Source: Candidatus Poriferisocius sp.
GTDB taxonomy: Bacteria; Actinomycetota; Acidimicrobiia; Acidimicrobiales; Bin134
Reading direction: 5' to 3'
Length of the DNA stretch: 64,000 bases
Assembly (NCBI RefSeq): GCF_965208355.1
Contig: NZ_CBDBOM010000003.1
Coordinates: 3,262,058 to 3,326,057 of the forward strand
Shown here: positions 27,132 through 35,904 of the stretch, one piece after another
Numbering within the stretch: the stretch's first letter is position 1
Layout: the number at the start of each line of letters is the position of its first letter
Made by a program: the position numbers and the translations under genes
Notes under the pieces: generated by a model
What the model was told of the DNA's origin: nothing
Seen by the model: the letters and a program-made list of their open reading frames with translations, nothing else
Database searches by the model: none

Positions 27132-28334
27132 CTAGGAGACGGAGATCGGCACCGAGGAGTAGCCGGCCACATTCGACATCTGCACTCGGCGCAGGCCCTC
27201 CTCGTTGACCTCATAGGCGGGCCAGCGGCTGGCGATCTCCTCGATGGCCACCCGGCTCTCCAGGCGGGCTAGGGCCGCGCCAAGACACACGTGCAGGCCA
27301 TGGCCCAAGCTGACGCCCAGGCCGGGGTCGCGGGTGATGTCGAAGCGGTCGGGATCGTGGTAGCGGCGGGGATCGCGGTTGGCCGCCCCGGTGATCAGGA
27401 AAACGGGCTTGTGCTTGGGAATGGTCACCCCGTGCCATTCGGAGTCGATGGTGGAATATCGGCCCTGGTACTGCGAGGGGGCCCAGTAGCGGAGGATCTC
27501 CTCCACCGCGTTTCCTAATACAGAGGTGTCGTCGAGCACCTTGGCCCACTGGTCGGGGTGGCGACCGAACAGCACCACGGCGTTGCCCACCAGCTTGGTG
27601 ACCGTCTCGGAGCCAGCGGCGGCCAACAACGTGCCGAACCCGGCGATCTCGGCGTCGTCGAGGTGGGTGGTGGCTCCGTCTTCGGTCTCCACTTCGGCCT
27701 CGATCAGCGCGGTCAACATGTCGTCGGCCGGTTCGGCCCGCTTCTGCTGGGAGAGCTGGAACAGGTACATGCCCTGGGCCATGCCCGCCTCGGCGGCGGC
27801 CTGGCTGCCCATGGCCGAGCCCTCCTCGCGGTGGAGCATCTCGTCGGTCCAGTGCCGGATTTGCTGGCGGTCTTCGGCGGGCACGCCCAATATGGTGGAG
27901 ATGATCTCAACGGGGAATGGGGCGGCGAATTCCTCGAGGATGTCGAATTGGCGCCGGCCCATGAGCGGGTCGAGATAGCCGCTGATGATGTCGCGCACCA
28001 GCGCCTCGTAGTTGCCGATGGAGCGGGGGGTGAACGAGCGGGACACCAGCTTGCGATAGCGAGTGTGCTCGGGCGGGTCCATGGAGATGATTGAGCCCGT
28101 GTCGGTGGGCTCGCCCGTGGCCAGCTGCTCGTACATCTGGCCGTGGGTGGAGGTGAAGGTTTCGAAGTCGCGGTGGGCAGTCACCACGTCGTCGAAGCGG
28201 CTCAGGGCGTAGAAGTCGTACTGCTCGCTGTAGTAGCAGGGAGCGTGGTCCCGCAGGTCGGCGTAGGTGTCGTAGGGATCGTCGAAGAAGTCCCGGCTGA
28301 ACGGATCGAACTCAACAGTCTTGGTCTCTCCCAT
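27132..28334 (-). CDS. Cytochrome P450
   Basis: AAGSET I-helix, EEILR, LGHGLHVCLG heme motif. Confidence 0.93.
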   Translation of the reverse strand: MGETKTVEFDPFSRDFFDDPYDTYADLRDHAPCYYSEQYDFYALSRFDDVVTAHRDFETFTSTHGQMYEQLATGEPTDTGSIISMDPPEHTRYRKLVSRSFTPRSIGNYEALVRDIISGYLDPLMGRRQFDILEEFAAPFPVEIISTILGVPAEDRQQIRHWTDEMLHREEGSAMGSQAAAEAGMAQGMYLFQLSQQKRAEPADDMLTALIEAEVETEDGATTHLDDAEIAGFGTLLAAAGSETVTKLVGNAVVLFGRHPDQWAKVLDDTSVLGNAVEEILRYWAPSQYQGRYSTIDSEWHGVTIPKHKPVFLITGAANRDPRRYHDPDRFDITRDPGLGVSLGHGLHVCLGAALARLESRVAIEEIASRWPAYEVNEEGLRRVQMSNVAGYSSVPISVS

Positions 28335-28366
28335 GTCCCCAGTATGGACCATTTGTGGAGACGTTC

Positions 28367-28618
28367 TCACTTGCCGATCAGGTCAGTGACTGAGAGAACC
28401 CCTTGGGCCTCAAACACAACGAAGAATATGTACGCCTGCCCTAGGTCTTCCCAGCGGCGATTAGGAGGACGACCCGGCTGTGGCTTTCCCGGGAACTCAA
28501 ATGCCGGATGGTCAAGCAGCGTTGCCAGTCGTTCCAGGAGCTCCAGCCTGTCTTGAAGGTCTTTGTCCTCCGCCCACTGCTCGAAAGCAGTGTCGAGCGA
28601 CCTGAGCTTCCAGGCCAC
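28367..28618 (-). CDS. Putative RelE/ParE-like toxin
   Basis: 83 aa with beta-helix-helix-beta pattern ending YIFFVVFEAQGVLSVTDL; follows a small acidic ORF. Confidence 0.45.
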   Translation of the reverse strand: MAWKLRSLDTAFEQWAEDKDLQDRLELLERLATLLDHPAFEFPGKPQPGRPPNRRWEDLGQAYIFFVVFEAQGVLSVTDLIGK

Positions 28619-28623
28619 TAGGG

Positions 28624-28821
28624 CTATGCAGAGGTACGGTGGCGGGCCATTCGCTGCTTGATATCTTCAAGAGTCGTCAGGTCGTCCAAGGGGAGACCCT
28701 GGGCAATCCTCTCTTGAATCTCAGCTTCGGCCTGCTCGGATTTGCGATCGATTTCGCTGTAGTCGTAGTCGGGGGAGCCCGGATCAGGCTTGGTTAAGGC
28801 CTTATCGGCTTTCGGCTCCAT
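28624..28821 (-). CDS. Putative antitoxin
   Basis: 65 aa, acidic, ends TTLEDIKQRM; 5 bp upstream of the putative toxin. Confidence 0.4.
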   Translation of the reverse strand: MEPKADKALTKPDPGSPDYDYSEIDRKSEQAEAEIQERIAQGLPLDDLTTLEDIKQRMARHRTSA

Positions 28822-28865
28822 CCACCCAGGCTAACTGGAGGCACCTTCATTTGGACAGGGAACGC

Positions 28866-28934
28866 CTTAAGTTTTCTCGGACACAAAAGTTAAGTTGGGG
28901 GCGAAGCGACACAAAACTTAACTTTTGTGGTCGC
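28866..28934. repeat. AT-rich nested inverted/direct repeat cluster
   Basis: Perfect 15-bp IR cacaaaagttaagtt (28882-28896) / aacttaacttttgtg (28915-28929), plus a partial copy cttaagtttt at 28866. Confidence 0.8.
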
Positions 28935-29736
28935 CGCCGGTGTCAAACAGGGCGGTGCCGATGGCCTCGGCGGCTTCGTCGGTGGGGCCCTGCCAGGCGA
29001 TGGCGCCGTGGTCCAACAACACGGCCCGGTCACACAGGGCCAGGGCGTGGCCCATGTGCTGCTCGACGATGAGCAGCGAGGTGCCGGCGTCGCGGATGCG
29101 GCCCAGCACTGCGTAGACCTCGTCGGTGACGATTGGGGCCAGGCCCAGCGACAGCTCATCCGCGATGAGCAGGCGAGGGGTCTCCACCAGCACCCGGGCC
29201 ATGGCCAGCATGCGCTGCTCGCCGCCCGACAGGGTGCCGGCGATCTGGCGGCGGCGCTGGGCAATGGGGGGGAACAGCTCGAAGGCCCTGCTGAGGGCGT
29301 CGCGCACACCGGAGCGGTCGTGGGTGCGGGAGAAGGCCAGGGTGAGGTTCTCCTCTACCGAGAAATCGGGGAACACGGCCCGACCCTCGGGCACGTGGAC
29401 CACCCCGGCTTTGGCATAGCGGTGGGCCCGCACCTTGGTGAAGTCGTTGCCGTCGACCATCACCTCGCCCTCGGTGGGCTCCACCAGGCCGCTGGCCACC
29501 CGGGCCACGGTGGTCTTGCCCGCACCGTTGCGGCCCAAAAGGGCCACGGTTTCGCCCTCCCCCACCGACAGCGACACGTCGAACAGCGCCCGGAACGGCC
29601 CGTAGGCGGCGTTGACCCGGCGCATCTCCAGCACCGGGATGTCCAAGGGCGCGGGGGCGATCACGCCGTTGCCGCCTCCGTTGGCCATTTCAGCGGCCTC
29701 GGGGGTGCCCGCGGTGGGGTCGCCAGGGCTGGTCAT
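28918..29736 (-). CDS. livF: LivF-like ABC ATPase
   Basis: GRNGAGKTT, LSGGEQRML, ADELSLGL. Confidence 0.88.
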   Translation of the reverse strand: MTSPGDPTAGTPEAAEMANGGGNGVIAPAPLDIPVLEMRRVNAAYGPFRALFDVSLSVGEGETVALLGRNGAGKTTVARVASGLVEPTEGEVMVDGNDFTKVRAHRYAKAGVVHVPEGRAVFPDFSVEENLTLAFSRTHDRSGVRDALSRAFELFPPIAQRRRQIAGTLSGGEQRMLAMARVLVETPRLLIADELSLGLAPIVTDEVYAVLGRIRDAGTSLLIVEQHMGHALALCDRAVLLDHGAIAWQGPTDEAAEAIGTALFDTGGDHKS

Positions 29737-30503
29737 TGAGTGCCTGCCACAAAGTCGCCCAGGTAGGCGGCCCGCACCTCGGGGTCGCGCATCACATCGG
29801 GGGTGGGGCCTTGGGTGATCAGCTTGCCGAAGTCGAGGACATAGGTGCGCTCGGTGAACGAGGCCACCAGCTCCACGTCGTGTTCCACCAGCAGTAGGCC
29901 GAAGCCCTGCTCGTCCTGGATGCGGGCCAGGGTGTCGGCCAACGCGTTGGTCTCGTCCCGGTCGAGACCAGAGGAGGGCTCATCCAGCAGCACCACCCGG
30001 GGCTGGGTCATCAGGGCCCGGGCCACCTCCACCAGGCGGCTCTGACCCAGGCTGAGGGCCTCGATGGGCTCGTCGCCCATGCCTCCCAGACCGAGGCTTT
30101 CCAGCAGGGCGTCGCAGCGCTCTATCTCGGCGGGCTTGGGCAGGCCGAGGCCGAGCACGTCTTTCCACAGGGCGCCGGTGCCGCTGCGGATGCGGTGGGC
30201 GAATAGCAAGTGGTCGCGAACCGATGAGCCGCTGAACAGCTCCACCCGCTGAAAGGTGCGGCCGATGCCCAGGCGGGCCCGGCGATAGACAGGCAGGCGG
30301 GTGATGTTGTGACCGTCGAAGCTCACCGATCCGGCGTCGGGGCGCAGCAGGCCCAAAAGGCAGTTGAACAATGTGGTCTTGCCCGCACCGTTGGGGCCGA
30401 TGAGGCCGACCCGCTCCCCTGAGTCGAGCGCGATGTGTACGTCGTCGACCGCGGTGATGCCTGCGAACCGCTTGGTGATGCCGTCGGCCGCCAACAGGCT
30501 CAT
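29733..30503 (-). CDS. livG: LivG-like ABC ATPase
   Basis: GPNGAGKTT, RTFQ, LDEPSSGL, VEHD. Confidence 0.88.
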   Translation of the reverse strand: MSLLAADGITKRFAGITAVDDVHIALDSGERVGLIGPNGAGKTTLFNCLLGLLRPDAGSVSFDGHNITRLPVYRRARLGIGRTFQRVELFSGSSVRDHLLFAHRIRSGTGALWKDVLGLGLPKPAEIERCDALLESLGLGGMGDEPIEALSLGQSRLVEVARALMTQPRVVLLDEPSSGLDRDETNALADTLARIQDEQGFGLLLVEHDVELVASFTERTYVLDFGKLITQGPTPDVMRDPEVRAAYLGDFVAGTQ

Positions 30504-32554
30504 GGCTCGTCTCCTGTCTCAGCCCCCAATTCGGCTCCTGATCCGGCGGCGGCTGCGGCCATGGCTGGTTGTCGGCGGGAGAACATGCGCTGCATCATGG
30601 CCTGGGAGCGGCGCTTGCCGTGCTCAAGCAGGCCTTCGGGATGGCGGGCGAAGGAGATGGCGGCGAAGCCGAACAGCACGTACCGCCACGCCCCGTGCAA
30701 GCCCAGCCAGCGGTCGAGCACCAGTTCGGGGAAGATCACGAAGGCGACCCCGGCCTGGATGCCGCCCTCCACCGTGCGGGCCCCGAGCACCACCACGATG
30801 ACCAGCCAGAACAGGCCGGTCTGGGGATCGAAGTTGGCCTCGTAGCCCACCAGCCTCTCCTCCATGGCCAACAGCCCTCCGCCGATGGCGGCGATGCCCG
30901 CCGACACCGAGAACACGATGACCCGCGACCGCCAGGAGATGACCCCGATGGACTCAGCGGCGGTCTCCGAACCCCGCAGGGCCCGCAGCGCCATGCCGGT
31001 GCTGCTCTCTCGGATCAAGATGACCAGCACTCCCACCACCACCAAGATGGCGATGCACAAGATGAGGAAGTTCTCTCGACTGGAGAAGTCGACGCCCAAG
31101 AACTCGGGCCGGGGTACGCCGCGGCCGTGGAACAACGAGCCGCCTACCCAGCTGTATTTCACCAATACGTCGTGGAAGAACAACGCGAAGGCCAGGGTGG
31201 CGATAGCCAGCCAGATGCCGCCCAGGCGCATGACCGGAATGCTGAGCACCGCCCCCACCGCGGCGGCGATGGCCGCGCCCGCCACCATGCCCACGATCAC
31301 CGAGATGTCCCAGCGCTGGGCGAATTGCATGGCCCCGAACGCGCCGATGGCGGCGAAAGTTACTTGGCACAGGGCGATCTGGCCGCCGAGGCCGGTGAAC
31401 ACCACGATGGACAGAAAGATGATGGAGAAGATCACCGAGTGGGTGATGCGGGAGATCCAGAAGTTATTGGCGTAGGCGAAGGTCCATATGCCCACCGCGG
31501 TGAAGAAAGCCAGGGCCATGATGCGGGTGTAGATGGTCATGCCCCGACCGCGGCTGGTGGCGGCCAGCGCGGGCGGGGGCGGGGAGACGCCGAGCAGTGG
31601 GTCGGCCCCGGCGACCTGGCGGCGGATGGCGGGCCAGAACACGATGATGGCAAACAGCATCACGTAGGGCAGCGCCGGTCCTTGGAGCTCGGCCAAGATG
31701 ACGTTGTCGCGGGGAACGTGCGTGCGCATCTGGGTGGTTACCACCCCCAGCAGCAGACCCCCGAACAGGGCGGCGGGCAGGCTCACCAGCCGGCCCAGGG
31801 CGGCGGCGGCCAACGCCGATATCACGATGGGGAAGAACCCGGTTGGCTCCAAAACCGTGCCCAGCGATGAGGTGGTGGGCACGAGCAGCACCCCGGCAAG
31901 GCCGGCGAAGAAGCTGGACAGCATCCACGAGCCCGACGACACCCAGTCGGCGTTGACCCCGTTGAGCTCGGTCATGCGGGGGCTCTGCACCACCGCCCGG
32001 ATGCGAAGGCCCAAGCGGGTGTAGCGGAACAGGGCGGCCAGGGCCAGCGCGGCGGCCACCACGATCACGAAGGCGGCGATCTCGTCGCGGGTGACGGGGT
32101 AGCGGCCGAACAGCCGGTAGATGGTGGTGCCGTCGGGGATGATGCCCACCGCGCCGAAGGGCTGCTCGCGGTTGTAGTCGACGATGAGCTTGAAAAGCTC
32201 GGGCAGCGCCACCAGCAGGCCGAGCGAGATGACCAGCTTGGCCACCGCGGAGGCGGCGTGGACGTGGCGGAAGACCAGCCGCTCCAGCAGCAGGCCAAGC
32301 AACGGGGCCACCAACACCACCGCCACCAGCACGGCCGACCAGATGGGCCAGTCGCGCCGCACGTGCAGCTCGAAGTAGGTGGCGGCGCTGATGAAGGCCT
32401 GCGCTCCGAAGGCCAGATTGAACACCCCGGAGGTCTTGTAGGTGAGCACGAAGCTCATGGCCACCAAGGCGAAGCCCGCGCCGATGGGCAGGCCCTGGAA
32501 GAACGCCCGGATGGTGTCCTCCAGGACCCCGGCGGCGAGGACGCTGGTGGTCAT
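30500..32554 (-). CDS. Fused LivH-LivM ABC permease
   Basis: GVFNLAFG in the N-half, GLGGQIALCQ in the C-half, many TM helices. Confidence 0.85.
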   Translation of the reverse strand: MTTSVLAAGVLEDTIRAFFQGLPIGAGFALVAMSFVLTYKTSGVFNLAFGAQAFISAATYFELHVRRDWPIWSAVLVAVVLVAPLLGLLLERLVFRHVHAASAVAKLVISLGLLVALPELFKLIVDYNREQPFGAVGIIPDGTTIYRLFGRYPVTRDEIAAFVIVVAAALALAALFRYTRLGLRIRAVVQSPRMTELNGVNADWVSSGSWMLSSFFAGLAGVLLVPTTSSLGTVLEPTGFFPIVISALAAAALGRLVSLPAALFGGLLLGVVTTQMRTHVPRDNVILAELQGPALPYVMLFAIIVFWPAIRRQVAGADPLLGVSPPPPALAATSRGRGMTIYTRIMALAFFTAVGIWTFAYANNFWISRITHSVIFSIIFLSIVVFTGLGGQIALCQVTFAAIGAFGAMQFAQRWDISVIVGMVAGAAIAAAVGAVLSIPVMRLGGIWLAIATLAFALFFHDVLVKYSWVGGSLFHGRGVPRPEFLGVDFSSRENFLILCIAILVVVGVLVILIRESSTGMALRALRGSETAAESIGVISWRSRVIVFSVSAGIAAIGGGLLAMEERLVGYEANFDPQTGLFWLVIVVVLGARTVEGGIQAGVAFVIFPELVLDRWLGLHGAWRYVLFGFAAISFARHPEGLLEHGKRRSQAMMQRMFSRRQPAMAAAAAGSGAELGAETGDEP

Positions 32555-32584
32555 CGTCGGCTCAGCCTCCGCACAGCAGGGCTT

Positions 32585-34108
32585 TCAGTTCACAAACGTG
32601 AGGGCCTCGGGATCATGCCAGTCTTCTCGGACGACCTCCCAGCACAGCCACGGTTTGCCGGGCTCACCGGTCCACTGCTCGAAAGCGCCGCTCACGATCT
32701 TCACGGCGTTGATGCAGCGGTATTCGTAGTCGGCCTCGGGGTTGTCGTTGGGCAGGGCGATCTGGCGGCTGAAGTCGATCGGGTTGGCAAGGCCGTCGTG
32801 GCTGTAGTCGTCAAAGCTCCGCACCGCATCGACCAGGGAGGCCCGGTCGAACTCGGGGCCGGCGGCTAACAGGCCGTCGTAGAACAGGTGGGCGTTGAGC
32901 CAGCCGACGATGGTCTGCTCTTCGAGCTTGAGATCGGCGGTGTACTCGAAGAACCTCCGCTGGAGCTCGCTGTCGATCTCGGCCTCGAACGGCACGAACT
33001 GGGTGAACACCAAGTCGCCCTCGAACAGGTCGGCGTTGGCGGCCACAAACTCGTGGTTGTAGGTGTTCGGGTGGTACATGACCACCTGATCGCGGTAGTC
33101 CTGCTTGACCAGCTCCTGGGCGATGGTGCGCATGCCGTTGAGGTCGAGGCAGGTGTAGATGATGTCGACCCCTTTGTCCTTCATCTCTGACACTTGGGGG
33201 GCGACACCGCCGACCAGCCCGAACTCGATGGAGGTGTCGAAGAACTCCACGGTCATGCCGCCGGCCTCGGCGCTGTAGTGCTCGATGGAGTCGCGGGTGC
33301 CCTCGGCGCAGATCTTGGAGTTTTCACTGTTGCCGTAGCCGAAGATGCCGGCCTTGGTGGCCCCAACCTGGGTGGCGACATAGGGGAACAGCTGGTGGAT
33401 GCAGCCGATGCAGCTCGGAGCGAGGTTTCCAAAGATGTTGCGGCGATCGGCGAACTCATTGTGGATGTTCCATCCGAACGTGGGCACTCCGGCGTCGTTG
33501 AGGGTGTCGGCCCCGAAAAACAGCAGGGTGGCCACGAAGGCGGCCAGCGAGTCGTCTTCTTCAACCATGGCCAATGACTCGGGCAGGTTCTGGAAGAGCT
33601 GGTCGTCGCGCTTGGTGGCCAGCACCAGCTCGCGGCCATAGATGCCGCCGGTGTCGTTGATGAAGTTGAAGTAGGCCTCGATGCCGTCGTTGTAGGACCC
33701 GATGTTGGTGCCCAGGGCGTTGTTGCTGATGGTGACGATGGAGGTGACCTTGATCTCGTCGTCGTTCACCCCCGGCACGCCGGATATGGGCACGAAGGTG
33801 TGGCGGTGCTCGGGCTCCTTGGGCTCCTCGGGCTCGGGCTCAGCTTCGGGGGCGGGGGCGGGCTCGTCGTCGGACTCCTCGGGGGCGGGGGCGGGCTCGT
33901 CGTCGGACTCCTCGGGGGCCGGGGCGGGCTCGTCGTCGGACTCCTCAGGGGCCGGGGCGGGCTCGTCGTCGGACTCCTCAGGGGCCGGGGCGGCGGTAGG
34001 CGCGGGCGCGCCCCCTTCGTCGTCGTTCCCGGCGTTGCCGCAGGCCGTGGCCACCAGAGCCAGCACGGCCAGTGCAGTGAGAATGAGCTTCCACCAACGA
34101 ACAGTCAT
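32585..34108 (-). CDS. ABC substrate-binding lipoprotein with acidic Pro-rich linker
   Basis: Lipobox VATAC; GVNDDEIKV, GGIYGREL..RDD motifs. Confidence 0.85.
   Translation of the reverse strand: MTVRWWKLILTALAVLALVATACGNAGNDDEGGAPAPTAAPAPEESDDEPAPAPEESDDEPAPAPEESDDEPAPAPEESDDEPAPAPEAEPEPEEPKEPEHRHTFVPISGVPGVNDDEIKVTSIVTISNNALGTNIGSYNDGIEAYFNFINDTGGIYGRELVLATKRDDQLFQNLPESLAMVEEDDSLAAFVATLLFFGADTLNDAGVPTFGWNIHNEFADRRNIFGNLAPSCIGCIHQLFPYVATQVGATKAGIFGYGNSENSKICAEGTRDSIEHYSAEAGGMTVEFFDTSIEFGLVGGVAPQVSEMKDKGVDIIYTCLDLNGMRTIAQELVKQDYRDQVVMYHPNTYNHEFVAANADLFEGDLVFTQFVPFEAEIDSELQRRFFEYTADLKLEEQTIVGWLNAHLFYDGLLAAGPEFDRASLVDAVRSFDDYSHDGLANPIDFSRQIALPNDNPEADYEYRCINAVKIVSGAFEQWTGEPGKPWLCWEVVREDWHDPEALTFVN
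33846..33993 (-). repeat. 33-bp coding tandem repeat (PAPAPEESDDE), ~4.5 copies
   Basis: Units at 33846, 33879, 33912, 33945 and partial at 33978. Confidence 0.92.
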
Positions 34109-34142
34109 CAGATCCCCCTTGACGTTTGTCCCGGTCAAACTA

Positions 34143-34164
34143 GCCCAACCCAACCGGGTTGGGC
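34143..34164 (-). terminator. Hairpin after enoyl-CoA hydratase
   Basis: gcccaaccc-aacc-gggttgggc perfect 9-bp stem. Confidence 0.5.
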
Positions 34165-34171
34165 AGGGCGG

Positions 34172-34999
34172 TCAGTGGCTGGTGCGGTAGTCGCCGAACT
34201 TGGAGTCGCGCTCCGACAGGGTGGTGGTGAGGCCCTTCTTCTTGATGGAGCCCACGAAATCGGCCATGGCCTGGGTGTGGGTGCCCAGCGCACACAGCTC
34301 GGTGCCGGCCCGAATGCCGGATCGCATGCCCATGTGCTCCATCTGGCGGTGGACCACCCGCTTGTTCATCTGGAGCAGCTCGGTGGGCACCTGGGCGATG
34401 CGCTCGGCGATGTCGAGCACGGCGTCTTCTAGTTCGTCTTCGGGGTAAGCGGCGTTGGCCCAGCCCCGCTCCACAGCCTCGAGGCCGGTCACGTAGTCGC
34501 CGGTGAGCATCATCTCCATGGCCTTGCGCATGCCCAGGAACCAGGCGTGGAAGTGCATGTCGGGCACACCGAATCGCACCGCGGGATAGCCCATCTTGGC
34601 GTCCTCGGCCATGTAGACGAGGTCGCAGCCGGTGGCCAGCTCGCTGCCCCCGGCCAGGCAGTAGCCGTGGACCTGGGCGATGACCGGCTTGGCCAGGTCC
34701 CAGATGCTCATCCAGCCCTCGGTGACGTGGCGGGGCCACTGGCCTTCTCCTCCGGGGGTGTAAAAGGGCAGCTCATAGCCCTCGTTGCCCCCGCTCAAGT
34801 CGTAGCCGGCGGAAAACGACGGGCCGGCGCCACAGACGATGCTGACCTTGACGTCGTCGTCTCGGTCGGCTTCTTCCAGCGCTTCGAGAACCGCGCCCCG
34901 CAGCGGGTGGATGAGGCTGTTGCGCTTCTCAGGGCGGTTCATGGTGACACGCCGCACGTGGGGGCGGGGGTTGTCGATCAGGACGATGTTGTCGTTCAT
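34172..34999 (-). CDS. Enoyl-CoA hydratase/isomerase family
   Basis: MNRPEKRNSL, FSAGYDL, KPVIAQVHGYCLAGG. Confidence 0.9.
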   Translation of the reverse strand: MNDNIVLIDNPRPHVRRVTMNRPEKRNSLIHPLRGAVLEALEEADRDDDVKVSIVCGAGPSFSAGYDLSGGNEGYELPFYTPGGEGQWPRHVTEGWMSIWDLAKPVIAQVHGYCLAGGSELATGCDLVYMAEDAKMGYPAVRFGVPDMHFHAWFLGMRKAMEMMLTGDYVTGLEAVERGWANAAYPEDELEDAVLDIAERIAQVPTELLQMNKRVVHRQMEHMGMRSGIRAGTELCALGTHTQAMADFVGSIKKKGLTTTLSERDSKFGDYRTSH

Positions 35000-35063
35000 G
35001 GCCGCCAACCGTAACCTGCGGGCCGATGTTTGCTCTCACCGCAGCGGGACCGGTTCTTCGGCC

Positions 35064-35900
35064 ATGAGCGAGCCCCGGATCATTGCCTCAACCAAGGGGG
35101 CGCAGGTGGCGCTGCACGACCTGGGGGGCGACGGACCTAACCTGCTCTTGACCCACGCCAACGGCTTCTGCGGGCGGATGTGGGAGCCGGCGGCTCGGGA
35201 GCTGGCGTCGGTGGCCCACTGCTGGGCGCTGGACTTCCGGGGTCACGGCGACAGCGTGTCGGGCCCCGATGAGGACTACCACTGGGACGGGATGGCTGAT
35301 GATGTGCTGGCCGCGGTGGATGCGCTGGACCCGAAGCCCCGGCTGGCGGCGGGCCACTCATTGGGCGGGGCGTCGATCCTGAAGGCCGAACAGGCCCGAG
35401 CGGGCACGTTTGACCGGGCCTGGATGTTCGAGCCGGTGACCATACCGTCGTTCAGCCTGCCCCGCGACGGAGTCAAGGCGCTGGGCGACATTGCCCGAAT
35501 GCGCAAGGAGAACTTCGAGTCGCGCCAAGCGGCCTACGACCGGTACGGATCCCGGCCCCCGTTCAGCCTGTTGAACCCCGAGGTGCTGCGGGCCTATGTG
35601 GACCACGGTTTTCGGGATTTGGCCGACGGTACGGTGACCATGAAGTGCCCCCGCGATGTGGAGGCCACCATCTTCGAGAACCCCGACCGATCGGCGTTCG
35701 ACCGACTGGGCGAGGTAGCCACCGCGGTGACCGTGGCGGCGGGCACCGACGCCGACCCACCGGCCATGGCGGCGCCGCTAATCGCCGAGCAACTGCCCAA
35801 TAGCACCCTGTTGCGCTTCGACGACCTGACCCACTTCGGGCCCTTCCAAGACCCGCCCCGCATCGCCGCCTCCATCGCCGCCGCCCTATTCTCGGACTGA
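35064..35900 (+). CDS. Alpha/beta hydrolase
   Basis: HANGF, DFRGHG, GHSLGG nucleophile elbow, THFGP. Confidence 0.88.
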   Translation: MSEPRIIASTKGAQVALHDLGGDGPNLLLTHANGFCGRMWEPAARELASVAHCWALDFRGHGDSVSGPDEDYHWDGMADDVLAAVDALDPKPRLAAGHSLGGASILKAEQARAGTFDRAWMFEPVTIPSFSLPRDGVKALGDIARMRKENFESRQAAYDRYGSRPPFSLLNPEVLRAYVDHGFRDLADGTVTMKCPRDVEATIFENPDRSAFDRLGEVATAVTVAAGTDADPPAMAAPLIAEQLPNSTLLRFDDLTHFGPFQDPPRIAASIAAALFSD

Positions 35901-35904
35901 GACT

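Noticed and set aside
29688-30566. Further junction duplications at livG/livF and permease/livG
   Set aside because: Only 6-7-bp matches (aatgRcc, agccatg), which are expected by chance
8769-33993. Tandem repeats of 33-36 bp as possible CRISPR arrays
   Set aside because: No unique spacers, all are in-frame coding repeats, and no cas genes are visible
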